A stretch of 36,339 nucleotides of DNA from a bacterium. GTDB taxonomy: Bacteria; Methylomirabilota; Methylomirabilia; CAVQYV01. The notes under the pieces are model-generated. The model saw nothing but the letters and a program-made list of their open reading frames with translations, searched no databases and had not been told where the DNA came from. This document shows positions 20,971-32,576 of the stretch, one piece after another. The stretch lies in contig JAZDMQ010000058.1 in the NCBI GenBank assembly GCA_043800755.1, positions 1-36,339 of the forward strand. Direction: 5' to 3'. The position numbers and the translations under genes are program-made. Position 1 is the stretch's first letter, and each line of letters begins with the position of its first letter.

Positions 20971-21603
20971 ATGAAACTGACGAGTCTGGCGGTGGGAAGT
21001 CTCTTGACCAATTGCTATATTCTTGATGCAGGAACGAAGGAAGCCTTAGTGATCGATCCTGGGGGAGATGTGGAAGTGATCGTCGAGACCCTGCGAAAGC
21101 ATGATTCGGAGCTACGATATATATTGGCCACCCATGCGCACTTTGACCACGTGGGTGGCATAAGGCAATTACAAGAAGCCCTAGGAGGGGAAACCCTCTT
21201 GCACCGGGCGGACTTTCCGCTCCTGAAAAACCTTGCAGCCCAGAGTGCCGCCTTCGGGTTGAAGACCGGCCCCATCCCCCACATCGATCGTTTCGTGGAA
21301 GAAGGAGACCTTCTCGTCCTGGGGGATGCCCATTACCAGATCGTTCACACGCCGGGTCATTCACCGGGGGGGATCTCCTTGATTGGCACCAGGATGGCTT
21401 TTGTAGGCGATACCCTCTTCGCCGGGTCGATCGGTCGCAGCGATCTTCCCGGAGGCTGTTACGAGGACCTGATTGACTCGATTCGCGGGAAATTACTCTG
21501 CTTGGAGGACGAGGCATCGGTCTTTCCTGGACATGGGGAGGCCACGACCATTGGCCAGGAACGCAGAACCAATCCCTTTCTGCTAAAGGATGAGAGAGCA
21601 TGA
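20971..21603 (+). CDS. MBL-fold metallo-hydrolase (glyoxalase II/YcbL-like)
   Basis: TNCYI, IDPG, THAHFDHVGG, HTPGHSPG, GDTLFAGSIGRSDLPGG, PGHG-TTIG-E---NPFL. Confidence 0.9.
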   Translation: MKLTSLAVGSLLTNCYILDAGTKEALVIDPGGDVEVIVETLRKHDSELRYILATHAHFDHVGGIRQLQEALGGETLLHRADFPLLKNLAAQSAAFGLKTGPIPHIDRFVEEGDLLVLGDAHYQIVHTPGHSPGGISLIGTRMAFVGDTLFAGSIGRSDLPGGCYEDLIDSIRGKLLCLEDEASVFPGHGEATTIGQERRTNPFLLKDERA

Positions 21604-22898
21604 GAGAAGACGCCTTTGACGCGATCGTGGTGGGCGCTGGACCGGCGGGTACCGCCGCGGCCTACCTCCTTGCGCAGGCAGGCTGGCAGGTGGTTCTGGT
21701 GGAAAGGGGCGATTATCCAGGAGCCAAGAATGTGATGGGAGGCATCCTTTACCGGAAGGCGATGGAAGAGGTGATCCCCTCCTTCTGGGAGGAGGCCCCA
21801 GTGGAACGCCACATCAGCGAGCAGAGGCTCTGGGTGCTCTCCTCTGATTCTGCCTTCAGCTTAGGCTATAAAAGCGACCAACTGGCGAAAGGGCCATACA
21901 ATGCTTTCACCGTTCTGCGAGCCAAGTTTGACTCATGGTTTGCGAAAAGGGCGGAGGAGGCCGGGGCAATCCTGGTCTCGCAGACAGTGGTGGAGGACCT
22001 CATCTTCGATCAAGACCAGGTGATTGGAGTAAGGACTGGTCGCGAGGAGGGGGACCTCTTCGCCCAGGTGGTGATCTTGGCCGACGGGGTCAATTCCCTT
22101 TTGGCCCAGCAAGCCGGTCTCCATCCAGAGATACTGCCCTATCAGGTCGCCTTGGCGGTCAAGGAGATCATCTCCCTTCCGAAGGAAAAGATCGAGGATC
22201 GATTTAACCTGGAGGAGGGCGAGGGAACGGCCATCGAGATCGTGGGGGAAAACACCAAGGGGCAGGTGGGCACAGGCTTCATCTATACCAACCGGGAATC
22301 GCTCTCCGTGGGGGTAGGAGTTTTGCTCCAAGATCTGGTGAAATCCAGGCTCACACCTCAAGATCTCATCGAGGGGATGAAGACCCATCCCCTGATCCGC
22401 CGCCTGCTCGCAGGGGGAGAGACCGAGGAGTACTCGGCACACTTGATTCCCGAAGGGGGATGGGTAGCCATTCCGCAGCTTTACAGGGGGGGGCTGATGG
22501 TAGCGGGAGACGCAGGCATGTTAGTCAATAGTCTGCACCGTGAGGGCTCTAATATGGCCCTGACCTCCGGAAGATTGGCGGCGGGGGCGGCCTTGAGGGC
22601 GAAAGAGGTTGGAGATTTCTCGGCCGCCAGCCTGAGCAGCTATCGAACAGCCCTGGAACAGAGCTTTGTTCTACAAGACCTCAAGCGCTATCGAAGGGTT
22701 TCCGGCCTGTTGTCTGGTCACCCCCATCTCTTTTCCCTTTATCCCCAGATGGCGAATGAGGCTGCCCATGAGATCCTGGTTGTGGACGGCAGGCCCAAGG
22801 CGGAGAAGGTTCAACTGATCAAGGGGATGGTTTTCCAGAAGCTATCCCGGTGGGAAATACTTAAAGATCTTTACCATCTTTGGAGGACCTTCAGGTGA
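21600..22898 (+). CDS. fixC: FixC-like FAD oxidoreductase (ETF:quinone oxidoreductase subunit)
   Basis: VVGAGPAG, ERGDYPGAKNVMGG, AP-ERH, ADGVNSLL, EYSAHLIPEGG, AGDAG; followed by a ferredoxin. Confidence 0.88.
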   Translation: MREDAFDAIVVGAGPAGTAAAYLLAQAGWQVVLVERGDYPGAKNVMGGILYRKAMEEVIPSFWEEAPVERHISEQRLWVLSSDSAFSLGYKSDQLAKGPYNAFTVLRAKFDSWFAKRAEEAGAILVSQTVVEDLIFDQDQVIGVRTGREEGDLFAQVVILADGVNSLLAQQAGLHPEILPYQVALAVKEIISLPKEKIEDRFNLEEGEGTAIEIVGENTKGQVGTGFIYTNRESLSVGVGVLLQDLVKSRLTPQDLIEGMKTHPLIRRLLAGGETEEYSAHLIPEGGWVAIPQLYRGGLMVAGDAGMLVNSLHREGSNMALTSGRLAAGAALRAKEVGDFSAASLSSYRTALEQSFVLQDLKRYRRVSGLLSGHPHLFSLYPQMANEAAHEILVVDGRPKAEKVQLIKGMVFQKLSRWEILKDLYHLWRTFR

Positions 22899-23164
22899 AG
22901 TTAGAGGATAAACTCTACCTCCTTAAGTTCAAGCCAGACGAAAAGACCCATTTGCAGCCGAAAGAAGAGGATTGCCAGCGTTGCACCGAGAGGCCATGCA
23001 CCACCTTCTGTCCGGCCCAGGTTTACAAATGGGAGGAAGGCAAGCTGGTAGTCTCGTTCGAGAACTGCCTGGAATGCGGCTCGTGTCGCATTGGCTGTAC
23101 CTTCGTCTCCGTGGATTGGCGTTATCCGCGGGGCGGATTTGGGGTATCGTTCCGGTTTGGCTAA
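22895..23164 (+). CDS. fixX: FixX-like ferredoxin
   Basis: CQRC---PCTTFCPA-VY and CLECGSCRIGC, W-YPRGGFGV-F-FG; GTG start after GGAGG overlaps the fixC stop. Confidence 0.9.
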   Translation: MKLEDKLYLLKFKPDEKTHLQPKEEDCQRCTERPCTTFCPAQVYKWEEGKLVVSFENCLECGSCRIGCTFVSVDWRYPRGGFGVSFRFG

Positions 23165-23170
23165 AAAAGG

Positions 23171-23199
23171 TTGACTGGAAGGGGATTAAAGGTTAAATT
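23171..23199 (+). promoter_or_regulatory. Sigma70-type promoter for the ilv-leu operon
   Basis: TTGACT (23171-23176), 17 bp, TAAATT (23194-23199), 30 nt before the ilvD ATG. Confidence 0.6.
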
Positions 23200-23228
23200 A
23201 TCACGATTAACTAAGGGGGGGTAATTTT

Positions 23229-24890
23229 ATGCGCAGCGATATCATCAAAGAAGGGCTGGAGAGGGTTCCTCATCGATCGATGCTTCATGCCTTAGGTGTT
23301 ACCCGGGACGCCCTCAAGAAGCCCTTCATTGGAGTGGCCACGAGTTTCAGCGATCTTATCCCCGGGCACATGGGTATGAGAGACATGGAACGGTTCATTG
23401 AGAAGGGAGTCCACTCGGGAGGGGGTTATTCCTTCCTCTTTGGAATCCCGGGGGTTTGCGACGGAATCGCCATGGGCCATTCTGGCATGCACTATTCCTT
23501 GCCCTCCCGGGAACTGATTGCCGATTGTATCGAATCCGTTGCCGGGGTTCATTGTTTTGATGGGCTGGTGTTGTTGACGAACTGTGATAAGATAACCCCA
23601 GGGATGTTGATGGGCTGCGCGCGCGTCAACATTCCTACCGTGGTACTTACTGCTGGGCCGATGCTTTCAGGCAGATACAAGATGCGCCGACTCTCCTTCG
23701 TCAACGATTCTTTTGAGGCCATTGGGCGTTTCAAGACGGGCCAGATCGATGCCCATGAGTTGGAATGCCTCGAAATGGAATCATGCCCAGGGGCTGGTGC
23801 TTGTCAGGGGCTTTACACCGCCAACACGATGGCCTGCATGACCGAGGTCTTGGGAATGTCGCTGCCGGGCACCGCGACCGCACTGGCCGGTTCATCTCGC
23901 AAAAGGCGCCTCGCCTTCGCATCGGGAGAGCAGGTGGTCCGATTAGTTGAAGGGGAAGTTACTCCTCGGAAGATCATGACGAAGGAGGCTTTCGAAAATG
24001 CGATCCACGTGGATATGGCCTTGGGTGGTTCAACGAATACCGTTCTTCATTTGACCGCCATCGCCAAGGAAGCGGGGGTGAGTCTGGGTCTCGACCTTTA
24101 TGATCGTATCAGCAACGAGGCTCCTCAACTCTGCAGCCTCCTCCCCGGGGGAAAATACTTCTTGGAGGATCTGGACTTTGCTGGAGGCATCCCTGCCGTG
24201 ATGAAGAGGATAAAGTCACAGCTCCATGACCTGCCTACGGTTTCCGGGAAAAGGACCGCGCAGATCATCGAGGAAGCAGAGATCTTTGACGAAGACATCG
24301 TTCGCCCCCTAGAGCATCCCTACAGTCCGAAAGGAGGGATCGCCATCCTGCGGGGTAATCTCGCGCCGCTGGGGGCGGTGGTGAAGCAGGTTGGACTTAC
24401 GGATAAGATGAAGAGATTTGAAGGCCGGGCCAAGGTGTTTGATTCAGAGGAAACGGGTATGGCGGCCATCATGGGCGGGAAGATCTTGCCTGGAGATGTC
24501 ATCGTCATCCGGTATGAAGGCCCGAAGGGCGGGCCGGGCATGCCCGAGATGCTTTTGCCAACCTCGGTGCTCATGGGTCTCGGACTGGGAGAGGTTGTGG
24601 CGCTTATCACCGACGGTCGTTTTTCCGGGGGCACCAGGGGTCCTTGCATCGGCCATATCTCCCCGGAGGCCATGGAGGGGGGGCCCATTGCCATTCTTCA
24701 AGATGGAGATCTTATCTCCATCGATATCCGCCAACGGACTCTCCAGGTGAAGCTGGGCGACCGAGAGATCCAAGACCGACTCTCGAAATGGAAGCCGCCG
24801 CGGCCTAAGGTCACCGAAGGCTGGTTGGCCAGGTACTCTAAGTTAGTCACTTCTGCCAACACGGGTGCGGTGTTGAAGAGTGAGGATTAA
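23229..24890 (+). CDS. ilvD: Dihydroxy-acid dehydratase
   Basis: [60 protein letters not shown]. Confidence 0.97.
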   Translation: MRSDIIKEGLERVPHRSMLHALGVTRDALKKPFIGVATSFSDLIPGHMGMRDMERFIEKGVHSGGGYSFLFGIPGVCDGIAMGHSGMHYSLPSRELIADCIESVAGVHCFDGLVLLTNCDKITPGMLMGCARVNIPTVVLTAGPMLSGRYKMRRLSFVNDSFEAIGRFKTGQIDAHELECLEMESCPGAGACQGLYTANTMACMTEVLGMSLPGTATALAGSSRKRRLAFASGEQVVRLVEGEVTPRKIMTKEAFENAIHVDMALGGSTNTVLHLTAIAKEAGVSLGLDLYDRISNEAPQLCSLLPGGKYFLEDLDFAGGIPAVMKRIKSQLHDLPTVSGKRTAQIIEEAEIFDEDIVRPLEHPYSPKGGIAILRGNLAPLGAVVKQVGLTDKMKRFEGRAKVFDSEETGMAAIMGGKILPGDVIVIRYEGPKGGPGMPEMLLPTSVLMGLGLGEVVALITDGRFSGGTRGPCIGHISPEAMEGGPIAILQDGDLISIDIRQRTLQVKLGDREIQDRLSKWKPPRPKVTEGWLARYSKLVTSANTGAVLKSED

Positions 24891-24955
24891 ATGAAGCTCC
24901 CCCCACCGGGAGCATCTTGCGGAAAACCCTCTGGTCATTGCGTTAAGGAGCTACC

Positions 24956-26689
24956 GTGAAGCTTTCGGGTGCACAAATCATCGTCGAGAGCCTGCTCAAA
25001 GAGGGCGTGGAGGTCATCTTCGGATTTCCTGGGGGGGTGATCCTCCCGATCTATGATGTGCTATATGATTCCCCATTGAGACATATCCTGGTGCGACACG
25101 AGCAGGCGGCGGCCCATGCGGCGGATGGATATGCCAGGGCCACGGGAAAGGTGGGGGCTTGTCTGGTGACCTCCGGTCCTGGGGCCACCAATGTGGTTAC
25201 CGGGGTGGCCACTGCCTATATGGACTCCGTCCCGATGGTGGTCGTTACCGGACAGGTTGCTACCCCGATGATTGGCAACGATGCCTTTCAAGAGGCGGAT
25301 ATCGTTGGGATTACCCGTCCCTGCACCAAGCACAATTATTTGGTCAAGGATGTGAAAGATTTGGCCCTGACCCTGAAGGAGGCCTTCCACATAGCGGCGA
25401 CGGGTCGACCCGGGCCGGTCCTGGTGGATGTACCGAAGGATATCATCCTCTCCGAGGCGAGCTACCACTACCCGGAGACCATCTACATGCGTAGTTATAA
25501 CCCGACCTACAATGGTCACCCGGGCCAGATCCTGAAGGCTGCCAAGGCCATCGTGAAAGCGAAACGGCCTATTATCTATGTGGGAGGAGGGGTCATCAAT
25601 TCCGGGGCCTCGGAGGAGTTGCTCAAGCTGGCGAAGATGACCCATACTCCGGTCACCACCACCCTGTTGGGGTTGGGCGCCTTTCCAGAAGACTCCCCAC
25701 TCAGCTTGGGAATGCTTGGGATGCACGGGGCCTGGCACACCAACACGGCAGTCTCCAACACTGACCTACTCTTGGCGATTGGTGCACGGTTTGACGATCG
25801 GGTGACGGGAAAGATCGAGGGATTCGCCCCGGGGGCATTCATTATTCACATCGATATCGATCCTTCGGCCATTAGCAAGAATGTGCGCGTGGATGTTCCC
25901 GTGGTGGGAGATGCCAAGAAGGTCCTTATCAAGTTGATTGAGACCCTGGAGGCCTTGCCGGATCGGTCCAACCTGAAGGAGCGGAGACAGTGGATCAAAC
26001 AGATCCAGGAATGGAAGAAAACCCACCCACTTAGCTACGAGCAAGATGATAAGATCATCAAGCCCCAGTATGTGGTGGAGGAGATCTCCCGCCTCACCAA
26101 GGGGGACGCCATTATCACCACCGAGGTAGGGCAAAGCCAGATGTGGACCGCCCAGTTTTGTCAATTTCTGCGGCCCCGGACCTTCCTCTCCTCGGGAGGG
26201 TTGGGAACGATGGGATATGGATTCCCTGCGGCCATTGGAGCTCAAGTGGCGTTTCCCGATAAGTTGGTCATTGATATCGCCGGAGATGGAAGCTTCCAAA
26301 TGAATCTGCAAGAGCTGGCGACGGTGGTGCAATACGATCTTCCCCTGAAGGTGGCGATACTCAACAACCGCTGTCTCGGGATGATTCGCCAATGGCAAGA
26401 GCTATTCTTTGGCCGTCGCTATTCTCATTCGAAATTGGTGGGGGGGCCAGATTTCGTGAGATTGGCGGAGGCCTACGGGGCGGTAGGGTTGAGGGCCACT
26501 AGGCCGGAGGAGGTAACGGCTGTCCTAAAAAGGGCCTTTGCTATCCCGAAGCCGGTGATTATCGATTTTCAAGTGGACCCGGAGGAGTGCGTCTTCCCCA
26601 TGGTAGCAGCTGGGGCCTCCATCAATAATATGATCTTGGGAAAGGCGGAGCCTAAGGAGCCGAAGAGGCTTCTACGGGCTGTTAAATGA
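24956..26689 (+). CDS. ilvB: Acetolactate synthase large subunit
   Basis: [55 protein letters not shown]. Confidence 0.97.
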   Translation: MKLSGAQIIVESLLKEGVEVIFGFPGGVILPIYDVLYDSPLRHILVRHEQAAAHAADGYARATGKVGACLVTSGPGATNVVTGVATAYMDSVPMVVVTGQVATPMIGNDAFQEADIVGITRPCTKHNYLVKDVKDLALTLKEAFHIAATGRPGPVLVDVPKDIILSEASYHYPETIYMRSYNPTYNGHPGQILKAAKAIVKAKRPIIYVGGGVINSGASEELLKLAKMTHTPVTTTLLGLGAFPEDSPLSLGMLGMHGAWHTNTAVSNTDLLLAIGARFDDRVTGKIEGFAPGAFIIHIDIDPSAISKNVRVDVPVVGDAKKVLIKLIETLEALPDRSNLKERRQWIKQIQEWKKTHPLSYEQDDKIIKPQYVVEEISRLTKGDAIITTEVGQSQMWTAQFCQFLRPRTFLSSGGLGTMGYGFPAAIGAQVAFPDKLVIDIAGDGSFQMNLQELATVVQYDLPLKVAILNNRCLGMIRQWQELFFGRRYSHSKLVGGPDFVRLAEAYGAVGLRATRPEEVTAVLKRAFAIPKPVIIDFQVDPEECVFPMVAAGASINNMILGKAEPKEPKRLLRAVK

Positions 26690-26722
26690 AGGTAGCCTGG
26701 TATTTTTTTTGGAGGGTAGCTG

Positions 26723-27268
26723 GTGCGACATACAATCTCCATCCTCGTTGAGAATCGTTTTGGGGTGCTTTCCCGGGTCTCCGGTCTCTTTAGTGGCCGG
26801 GGCTTCAACATTGAAAGCCTTTCGGTGGGAGAAACCCTCGATCCCTCCGTCTCTCGGATGACTGTGGTGGTACGAGGGGATGATCTCATCGTGGAACAGA
26901 TCAAGAAGCAGCTGAACAAGCTCATCGATGTCATCAAAGTGATCGATCTCACTAGCGAGGAGTTTCTGGAACGAGAGCTGGTTCTGGTCAGGGTGAACGC
27001 CGAGCCAGGGGTGCGGGCGGAGGTGCTGAGGATTGCGGATATCTTTCGGGCCAGGGTGGTGGATGTGACCCCCAAGAGCTACACCTTGGAATCAACGGGT
27101 GACGAGAGCAAAGTAACGGCCTTCCTTGAACTATTGAGGCCTTACGGGATACAGGAAGTGGTGCGGACCGGCAAGGTGGCGATTGCCCGGGCGCGGAAGG
27201 TTCCAACTAAAGCCGAAAAGAGGGCGGAGAGGAAACCGGCGGGAAAGGTGGTGGGATTTCGAGAGTAA
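26723..27268 (+). CDS. ilvN: Acetolactate synthase small regulatory subunit
   Basis: [47 protein letters not shown]. Confidence 0.96.
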   Translation: MRHTISILVENRFGVLSRVSGLFSGRGFNIESLSVGETLDPSVSRMTVVVRGDDLIVEQIKKQLNKLIDVIKVIDLTSEEFLERELVLVRVNAEPGVRAEVLRIADIFRARVVDVTPKSYTLESTGDESKVTAFLELLRPYGIQEVVRTGKVAIARARKVPTKAEKRAERKPAGKVVGFRE

Positions 27269-27319
27269 AGGCGTAAGGGCGGCAAGGTTCTGTGGTCTTT
27301 AAGGGAGAGGAGAAGAATA

Positions 27320-28318
27320 GTGGCTAAGGTATATTATGACAAAGACGCAAATCTCGCCATTCTAAGAGGAAAGAAGATTGCGGTCGTCGGATATGGAAGC
27401 CAGGGCCATGCCCAGGCACAGAATTTGCGCGACAGCGGCCTAAAGGTCATGGTGAGCGAGCTGGAGGGATCAGATAACTGGAAGCTCGCGGTCAAGGATG
27501 GCTTTAAGCCAGTATCGGCCTCTGAGGCGGCTAAAGAGGCAGACCTCATCCAGATCTTGACCCAGGATGATGTGCAGGCAAGGTTGTACAAGACCTCAGT
27601 AGAGCCTCATCTCAAGAAGGGCAAGGTCTTGATCTTTTCACATGGTTTCAATATCCATTTTTCTCAGATCGTTCCTCCCGGCAATGTGGATGTGATCATG
27701 ATCGCCCCCAAGGGCCCGGGCCACATCGTGCGACGGATGTTCGTCGAAGGGGGAGGGGTCCCTTGCCTGATCGCGATCCAGCAAAATGCCTCAGGGGAGG
27801 CTAAGAAGATCGCCCTGGCTTACGCGAAGGGCATTGGCGGAACTCGCGCCGGGGTCATTGAGACCACCTTCAAAGAAGAGGTGGAGACAGATCTCTTTGG
27901 GGAGCAGTGCGTCCTCTGTGGCGGAGTAACGGAACTCATCAAGGCCGGATTCGATACCCTGGTAGAAGCGGGCTATCAGCCGGAGATCGCCTATTTTGAG
28001 TGTCTGAACGAGCTGAAATTGATCGTGGATCTCATCTTCGAAGGAGGTCTTACCTACATGCGGTATTCGGTGAGCGATACCGCCGAATACGGGGATTACA
28101 CCAAGGGCCCGAGAGTCATTGACGCCTCGACGCGCCAACGGATGAAGCAAATCCTGCAAGATGTCCAGTCTGGCGACTTCGCCCGGGATTGGATTCTGGA
28201 AAATCAGGCAGGTCGGCCCGTCTACCATGCCTTGAAGAAGCGAGATGCGGAACATCCCATTGAGATCGTGGGGAAAGAATTGAGAAAGATGATGAAGTGG
28301 ATCAAGCCCAAGGGCTAA
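27320..28318 (+). CDS. ilvC: Ketol-acid reductoisomerase
   Basis: [47 protein letters not shown]. Confidence 0.97.
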   Translation: MAKVYYDKDANLAILRGKKIAVVGYGSQGHAQAQNLRDSGLKVMVSELEGSDNWKLAVKDGFKPVSASEAAKEADLIQILTQDDVQARLYKTSVEPHLKKGKVLIFSHGFNIHFSQIVPPGNVDVIMIAPKGPGHIVRRMFVEGGGVPCLIAIQQNASGEAKKIALAYAKGIGGTRAGVIETTFKEEVETDLFGEQCVLCGGVTELIKAGFDTLVEAGYQPEIAYFECLNELKLIVDLIFEGGLTYMRYSVSDTAEYGDYTKGPRVIDASTRQRMKQILQDVQSGDFARDWILENQAGRPVYHALKKRDAEHPIEIVGKELRKMMKWIKPKG

Positions 28319-28324
28319 GAGGCG

Positions 28325-28945
28325 ATGAATCCAGTTACAAGAGAATCATGGACCTACATTCTTCCGGTGGCGATTGCGGCGACCCTGCTTTTGCTGCTGC
28401 GCGCCTTTGCTGCCGGATCCATTGCCCTCCTGATCCTGCTTCTGTTTGTCTACTTCTTCCGGGATCCAGAGCGAATGGTCCCCACGGGGGAGGGTTTCAT
28501 CCTTGCCCCTGCTGATGGAAAGGTGGTTGGCGTATCGACTCAGGCGGGAGAGGAGGGAGGTGGCATCCTGATCAGCATCTTCCTCTCCCTCTGGGATGTT
28601 CATGTAAATCGCTCACCGGTGAAGGGGACGGTAGCGGGGGTTAACTACAAGAAGGGGAGCTTCCACCTCGCCTTTCGCGATGAGGCCTCAGTAGAGAACG
28701 AGCAAAATGTTATTGCCCTTGATCATGATCGAGGTCGGATCATTATGAAGCAGATTGCGGGCCTCATTGCACGCAGGGTCCTCTGTTGGGTTCAACCCGG
28801 CGAGGAGGTCCAGGCCGGACAGCGCATCGGATTAATCAAGTTCGGCTCGAGAGTCGATCTGATCGTTCCCCCCGATTCGCAGATCGAGGTGAAGGCAGGA
28901 GATAAGGTGAAGGCCGGAGTGACTATCGTAGGGTACCTGAAATGA
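28325..28945 (+). CDS. psd: Phosphatidylserine decarboxylase proenzyme (short type)
   Basis: YFFRDPER, APADGKV, DVHVNRSP, QIAGLIARR, self-cleavage IKFGSRVD. Confidence 0.94.
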   Translation: MNPVTRESWTYILPVAIAATLLLLLRAFAAGSIALLILLLFVYFFRDPERMVPTGEGFILAPADGKVVGVSTQAGEEGGGILISIFLSLWDVHVNRSPVKGTVAGVNYKKGSFHLAFRDEASVENEQNVIALDHDRGRIIMKQIAGLIARRVLCWVQPGEEVQAGQRIGLIKFGSRVDLIVPPDSQIEVKAGDKVKAGVTIVGYLK

Positions 28946-29706
28946 GAGGGGGCATCTATGTCCTCCCCAGCCTCCTGACCCTGGGCAATCTCTTGGGTGG
29001 ATTCTATGCCATCGTCTCCGCTTATGATGGAGACTATGGGCGGGCAGCGGTGGCGATCTTGATTGCGGGGGTTCTCGATGCCTTAGATGGATTGGTGGCG
29101 CGCCTCACCGGGAGTACCTCTGATTTTGGTGTTCAGCTCGATTCCCTGGCCGATCTGGTTTCCTTCGGGGTGGCCCCCGGGGTGTTGGCTTACACCTGGG
29201 CCTTGCTTCCTCTCAATCGCATTGGGTGGCTCGCCTGCTTTTTGTTCGTGAGCTGTGGTGCCCTGCGGCTGGCGCGTTTTAATATTCAGGCCCGCAAAGG
29301 GGACAAGCGATATTTTGTGGGCCTGCCCATTCCAGCAGCCGCGGCCTTCATCGCCTCCTTCGTGCTGTTTATGAAAGACTCGTCCTCCATTGTCCTTTTC
29401 CAGCGAGAGATCTTATCGCCCTCGGTAACTACGGTGCTCGTAGCAGTGGCCATCTATCTGCTTTCTTTCCTCATGGTCAGCCGGGTGAGGTATCGTAGCC
29501 TGAAGGGAATCGACTTCAAGAAGCGACGCCCATTTGCCCTTCTTGTGATCCTGATTCTATTGATCCTCTTGGTCGGCTCGCAACCGAGCCTGTTGATATT
29601 TGGCTTTTTCTTTCTTTACATCCTTTCCGGAATGCTCCGTTACATCCCCCTGCCTGGAAGATCGCTCCTCAGAGAAAAGAAGGAAGAGGAGTTAAGCCAG
29701 AGTTAA
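28942..29706 (+). CDS. pssA: CDP-diacylglycerol--serine O-phosphatidyltransferase
   Basis: DALDGLVAR...[35 protein letters not shown]; multiple TM segments. Confidence 0.95.
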   Translation: MRGGIYVLPSLLTLGNLLGGFYAIVSAYDGDYGRAAVAILIAGVLDALDGLVARLTGSTSDFGVQLDSLADLVSFGVAPGVLAYTWALLPLNRIGWLACFLFVSCGALRLARFNIQARKGDKRYFVGLPIPAAAAFIASFVLFMKDSSSIVLFQREILSPSVTTVLVAVAIYLLSFLMVSRVRYRSLKGIDFKKRRPFALLVILILLILLVGSQPSLLIFGFFFLYILSGMLRYIPLPGRSLLREKKEEELSQS

Positions 29707-29770
29707 TGGGGCAGAAGGAAACCCAGGCAAGTGGGCTCCTGTCGGAGGGGAAAATTGCAAGGAGGAAGGC

Positions 29771-31291
29771 ATGGGCAGAAGGATTATCATATTCGATACC
29801 ACCCTCCGGGACGGGGAACAGTCCCCTGGCTGTAGCATGAATACCAAGGAAAAGCTCGATTTGGCCAGGCAGCTTGAGAAGCTGCAGGTGGATGTGATCG
29901 AGGCAGGGTTCCCTATCGCTTCTGAGGACGACTTCGAGGCGGTGAAGCTGGTTTCCCAGAAGATTAGGACCCCCATCATCGCCGGATTGGCCAGGGCCCG
30001 AGACATTGACATCGATCGAGCCTGGGAGGCGCTCAAGGAAGCTGAGCGGCCGCGCATCCACACCTTTATCGCCACCTCTGACATCCATTTGAAATACAAA
30101 TTGAAGATGACCAAGAAAGAGATATTGGAGGCGATCAGCGCCGCGGTGAAACGGGCCAAGCGATATACCGACGATGTGGAATTCTCCCCCGAGGATGCAG
30201 GACGGACTGAGCAGGATTTCCTCTGCAAGGTGACAGAGGTGGCGATCGCCGCGGGGGCAACCACGGTCAATATACCCGATACGGTCGGGTATGCGATCCC
30301 TTGGGAGTTTGAGGCTCGCATCAGCAACCTCATGAATCGGGTCCCCAATGTCGATCAGGCAGTTATCTCTGTTCATTGCCACAATGATCTGGGCCTCGCT
30401 GTGGCCAATTCCCTGGCTGCTGTCAAGGCGGGGGCAGGGCAGGTAGAGTGCACGATCAACGGAATTGGAGAGAGAGCCGGCAATGCCTCCCTGGAAGAAG
30501 TCGTGATGAGCATCCGAACCCGCAGGGATCTCTTCGATGAGGAGACAAGCATCAAGACCGAGGAGATCTTTAAGACGAGCCGGCTCCTCACCAACCTTAC
30601 CGGCATCCCGGTCCAACCCAATAAGGCCATCGTCGGTAGCAACGCCTTTGCTCATGAGGCAGGCATTCATCAGGATGGGGTGCTGAAAGAGAAGCTGACC
30701 TACGAGATTATGACCCCGGAATCGGTGGGCCTGACCCAGAGACTGGTTTTGGGAAAACATTCCGGCCGCCATGCGATTCGCAAGCGGCTTTCCGAACTGG
30801 GATTCGACCTGTCCGAGCAGGATCTGAATAAGACCTTTGTGCGGTTCAAGGCCTTGGCCGATAAGAAAAAAGAGGTCTTCGATGATGACCTGGTCGCACT
30901 GGTGGAAGACGAGGTTTCCACCGTTCCCGAGACCTACTTCCTCGACTACCTCCAGTTCACCAGCGGTACGGGTATCATTCCCACTGCCATGGTCCGAGTT
31001 CGCAAGGAGGACCAAGTCTACCTGGAATCCGGATGGGGAGACGGGCCGGTGGATGCGGCTTATCATGCCATCGATTCCATCACCGGAATTCCTGGGAGAC
31101 TGAAGGAGTATTCCATTCGGGCAGTGACGGGAGGAAAGGATGCCCTAGGGGAGGTGATGGTTACCATCGAGGCGAACGGGCATACCGTGGTGGGGAGGGG
31201 GACCAGCACCGACGTGATCGAGGCGAGCGTAAGGGCTTACATTAATGCTATCAACAAGGTGATTCACAAGCGCAAGCGGGAAAGAGATTAG
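29771..31291 (+). CDS. leuA: 2-isopropylmalate synthase
   Basis: [52 protein letters not shown], regulatory domain G-GPVDA. Confidence 0.97.
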   Translation: MGRRIIIFDTTLRDGEQSPGCSMNTKEKLDLARQLEKLQVDVIEAGFPIASEDDFEAVKLVSQKIRTPIIAGLARARDIDIDRAWEALKEAERPRIHTFIATSDIHLKYKLKMTKKEILEAISAAVKRAKRYTDDVEFSPEDAGRTEQDFLCKVTEVAIAAGATTVNIPDTVGYAIPWEFEARISNLMNRVPNVDQAVISVHCHNDLGLAVANSLAAVKAGAGQVECTINGIGERAGNASLEEVVMSIRTRRDLFDEETSIKTEEIFKTSRLLTNLTGIPVQPNKAIVGSNAFAHEAGIHQDGVLKEKLTYEIMTPESVGLTQRLVLGKHSGRHAIRKRLSELGFDLSEQDLNKTFVRFKALADKKKEVFDDDLVALVEDEVSTVPETYFLDYLQFTSGTGIIPTAMVRVRKEDQVYLESGWGDGPVDAAYHAIDSITGIPGRLKEYSIRAVTGGKDALGEVMVTIEANGHTVVGRGTSTDVIEASVRAYINAINKVIHKRKRERD

Positions 31292-31304
31292 AGGAAGATC
31301 AACC

Positions 31305-32570
31305 ATGGAAATGACCATTACGGAAAAGATTATGGCGGCTCACGCGGGGGTATCCGAGGTCAGCCCAGGACAGCTGATTAACGCCAAGCTGGACCTGATC
31401 TTGGGCAACGATATTACAGCCCCCATCGCGATTCGAGAGCTGGAGAGATTAGGGGTCAAAAGGCTCTTCGATCCAGATAAGATCGTGCTCATCCCGGATC
31501 ATTTTACTCCCAACAAGGACATCAAATCAGCGGAGCAATGCCAAATCCTTCGCCAGTTCGCCAGATCACATCAACTGCGTCATTATTATGAAGTGGGGCG
31601 AGCCGGGATCGAACACGCATTTCTCCCCGAACAAGGGATGGTGCTGCCCGGGGATGCCATTATCGGCGCGGATTCCCATACCTGTACCTATGGGGCGTTG
31701 GGTGCCTTCGCCACGGGAGTAGGGAGCACGGATCTGGCGGCGGCCATGATCTCCGGGGAGGCATGGTTCAAGGTTCCCGAGAGTATTAAGTTCATGTTTT
31801 CTGGGAAGCTGAGGCGATGGGTCGGGGGAAAGGACCTTATCCTCTACACCATCGGAAAGATCGGGGTGGACGGCGCCCTCTATAAATCGATGGAGTTCTG
31901 CGGAGAGGTCATTGATCGCCTCCCGATGGAGGATCGCCTCACCATGGCGAACATGGCGGTGGAGGCGGGGGCCAAATGTGGGATCTTCGCGCCCGATGAG
32001 ATCACCCTGGACTATATCAAGGGCAGGAGCAGTCGGCCTTACAAATTATTCCAGAGCGAACCGGGTGCGCACTACGCCGAAACCTTTGAGTGGAAAGGGC
32101 AAGATATCGAGCCGCAGGTCGCCTTGCCGCATTCGCCCGATCGAGTCAAGCCGATCAGCGAGGTGGGGGAGGTTGCCATCGACCAGGTGGTGATTGGTTC
32201 TTGCACCAACGGCCGCATCTCCGATCTCCGCATTGCCGCCCAGATCCTGGAGGGGCGCAAGGTTGCCCCCTTCCTTCGCTTGATCATCATCCCGGCGACT
32301 CAATCCATCTATCGGCAGGCCCTCAAAGAGGGGCTGCTGGACATATTCCTTGAGGCCGAGGGGCTGGTCAGCGCCCCCACCTGTGGGCCCTGTATGGGGG
32401 GCCACATGGGAGTTCTGGCGGCAGGAGAAAGGGCAGTCTCCACCACCAATCGCAATTTTGTGGGGCGGATGGGGCATCCCAAGAGCGAGGTCTACTTGAC
32501 TGGTCCGGCGGTGGCCGCCGCATCAGCGATTTTGGGGAGGATTGCCAGCCCGGAAGAGGTCTTAGCATAG
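31305..32570 (+). CDS. leuC: 3-isopropylmalate dehydratase large subunit (short HacA/LeuC type 2)
   Basis: [44 protein letters not shown]. Confidence 0.95.
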   Translation: MEMTITEKIMAAHAGVSEVSPGQLINAKLDLILGNDITAPIAIRELERLGVKRLFDPDKIVLIPDHFTPNKDIKSAEQCQILRQFARSHQLRHYYEVGRAGIEHAFLPEQGMVLPGDAIIGADSHTCTYGALGAFATGVGSTDLAAAMISGEAWFKVPESIKFMFSGKLRRWVGGKDLILYTIGKIGVDGALYKSMEFCGEVIDRLPMEDRLTMANMAVEAGAKCGIFAPDEITLDYIKGRSSRPYKLFQSEPGAHYAETFEWKGQDIEPQVALPHSPDRVKPISEVGEVAIDQVVIGSCTNGRISDLRIAAQILEGRKVAPFLRLIIIPATQSIYRQALKEGLLDIFLEAEGLVSAPTCGPCMGGHMGVLAAGERAVSTTNRNFVGRMGHPKSEVYLTGPAVAAASAILGRIASPEEVLA

Positions 32571-32576
32571 GAGAAA

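Noticed and set aside
23165..23228. ilv/leu leader peptide attenuator or T-box
   Set aside because: The promoter sits about 30 nt from the start codon, leaving no room. No Leu/Ile/Val-rich mini-ORF was found here or before leuA.
29669..31066. 465-aa antisense ORF and similar shadows (9150-10028, 14878-15774, 17321-18361, 20546-21601, 35052-36086)
   Set aside because: They lie opposite well-conserved genes, show no motifs, and are expected from GC-rich codon bias.
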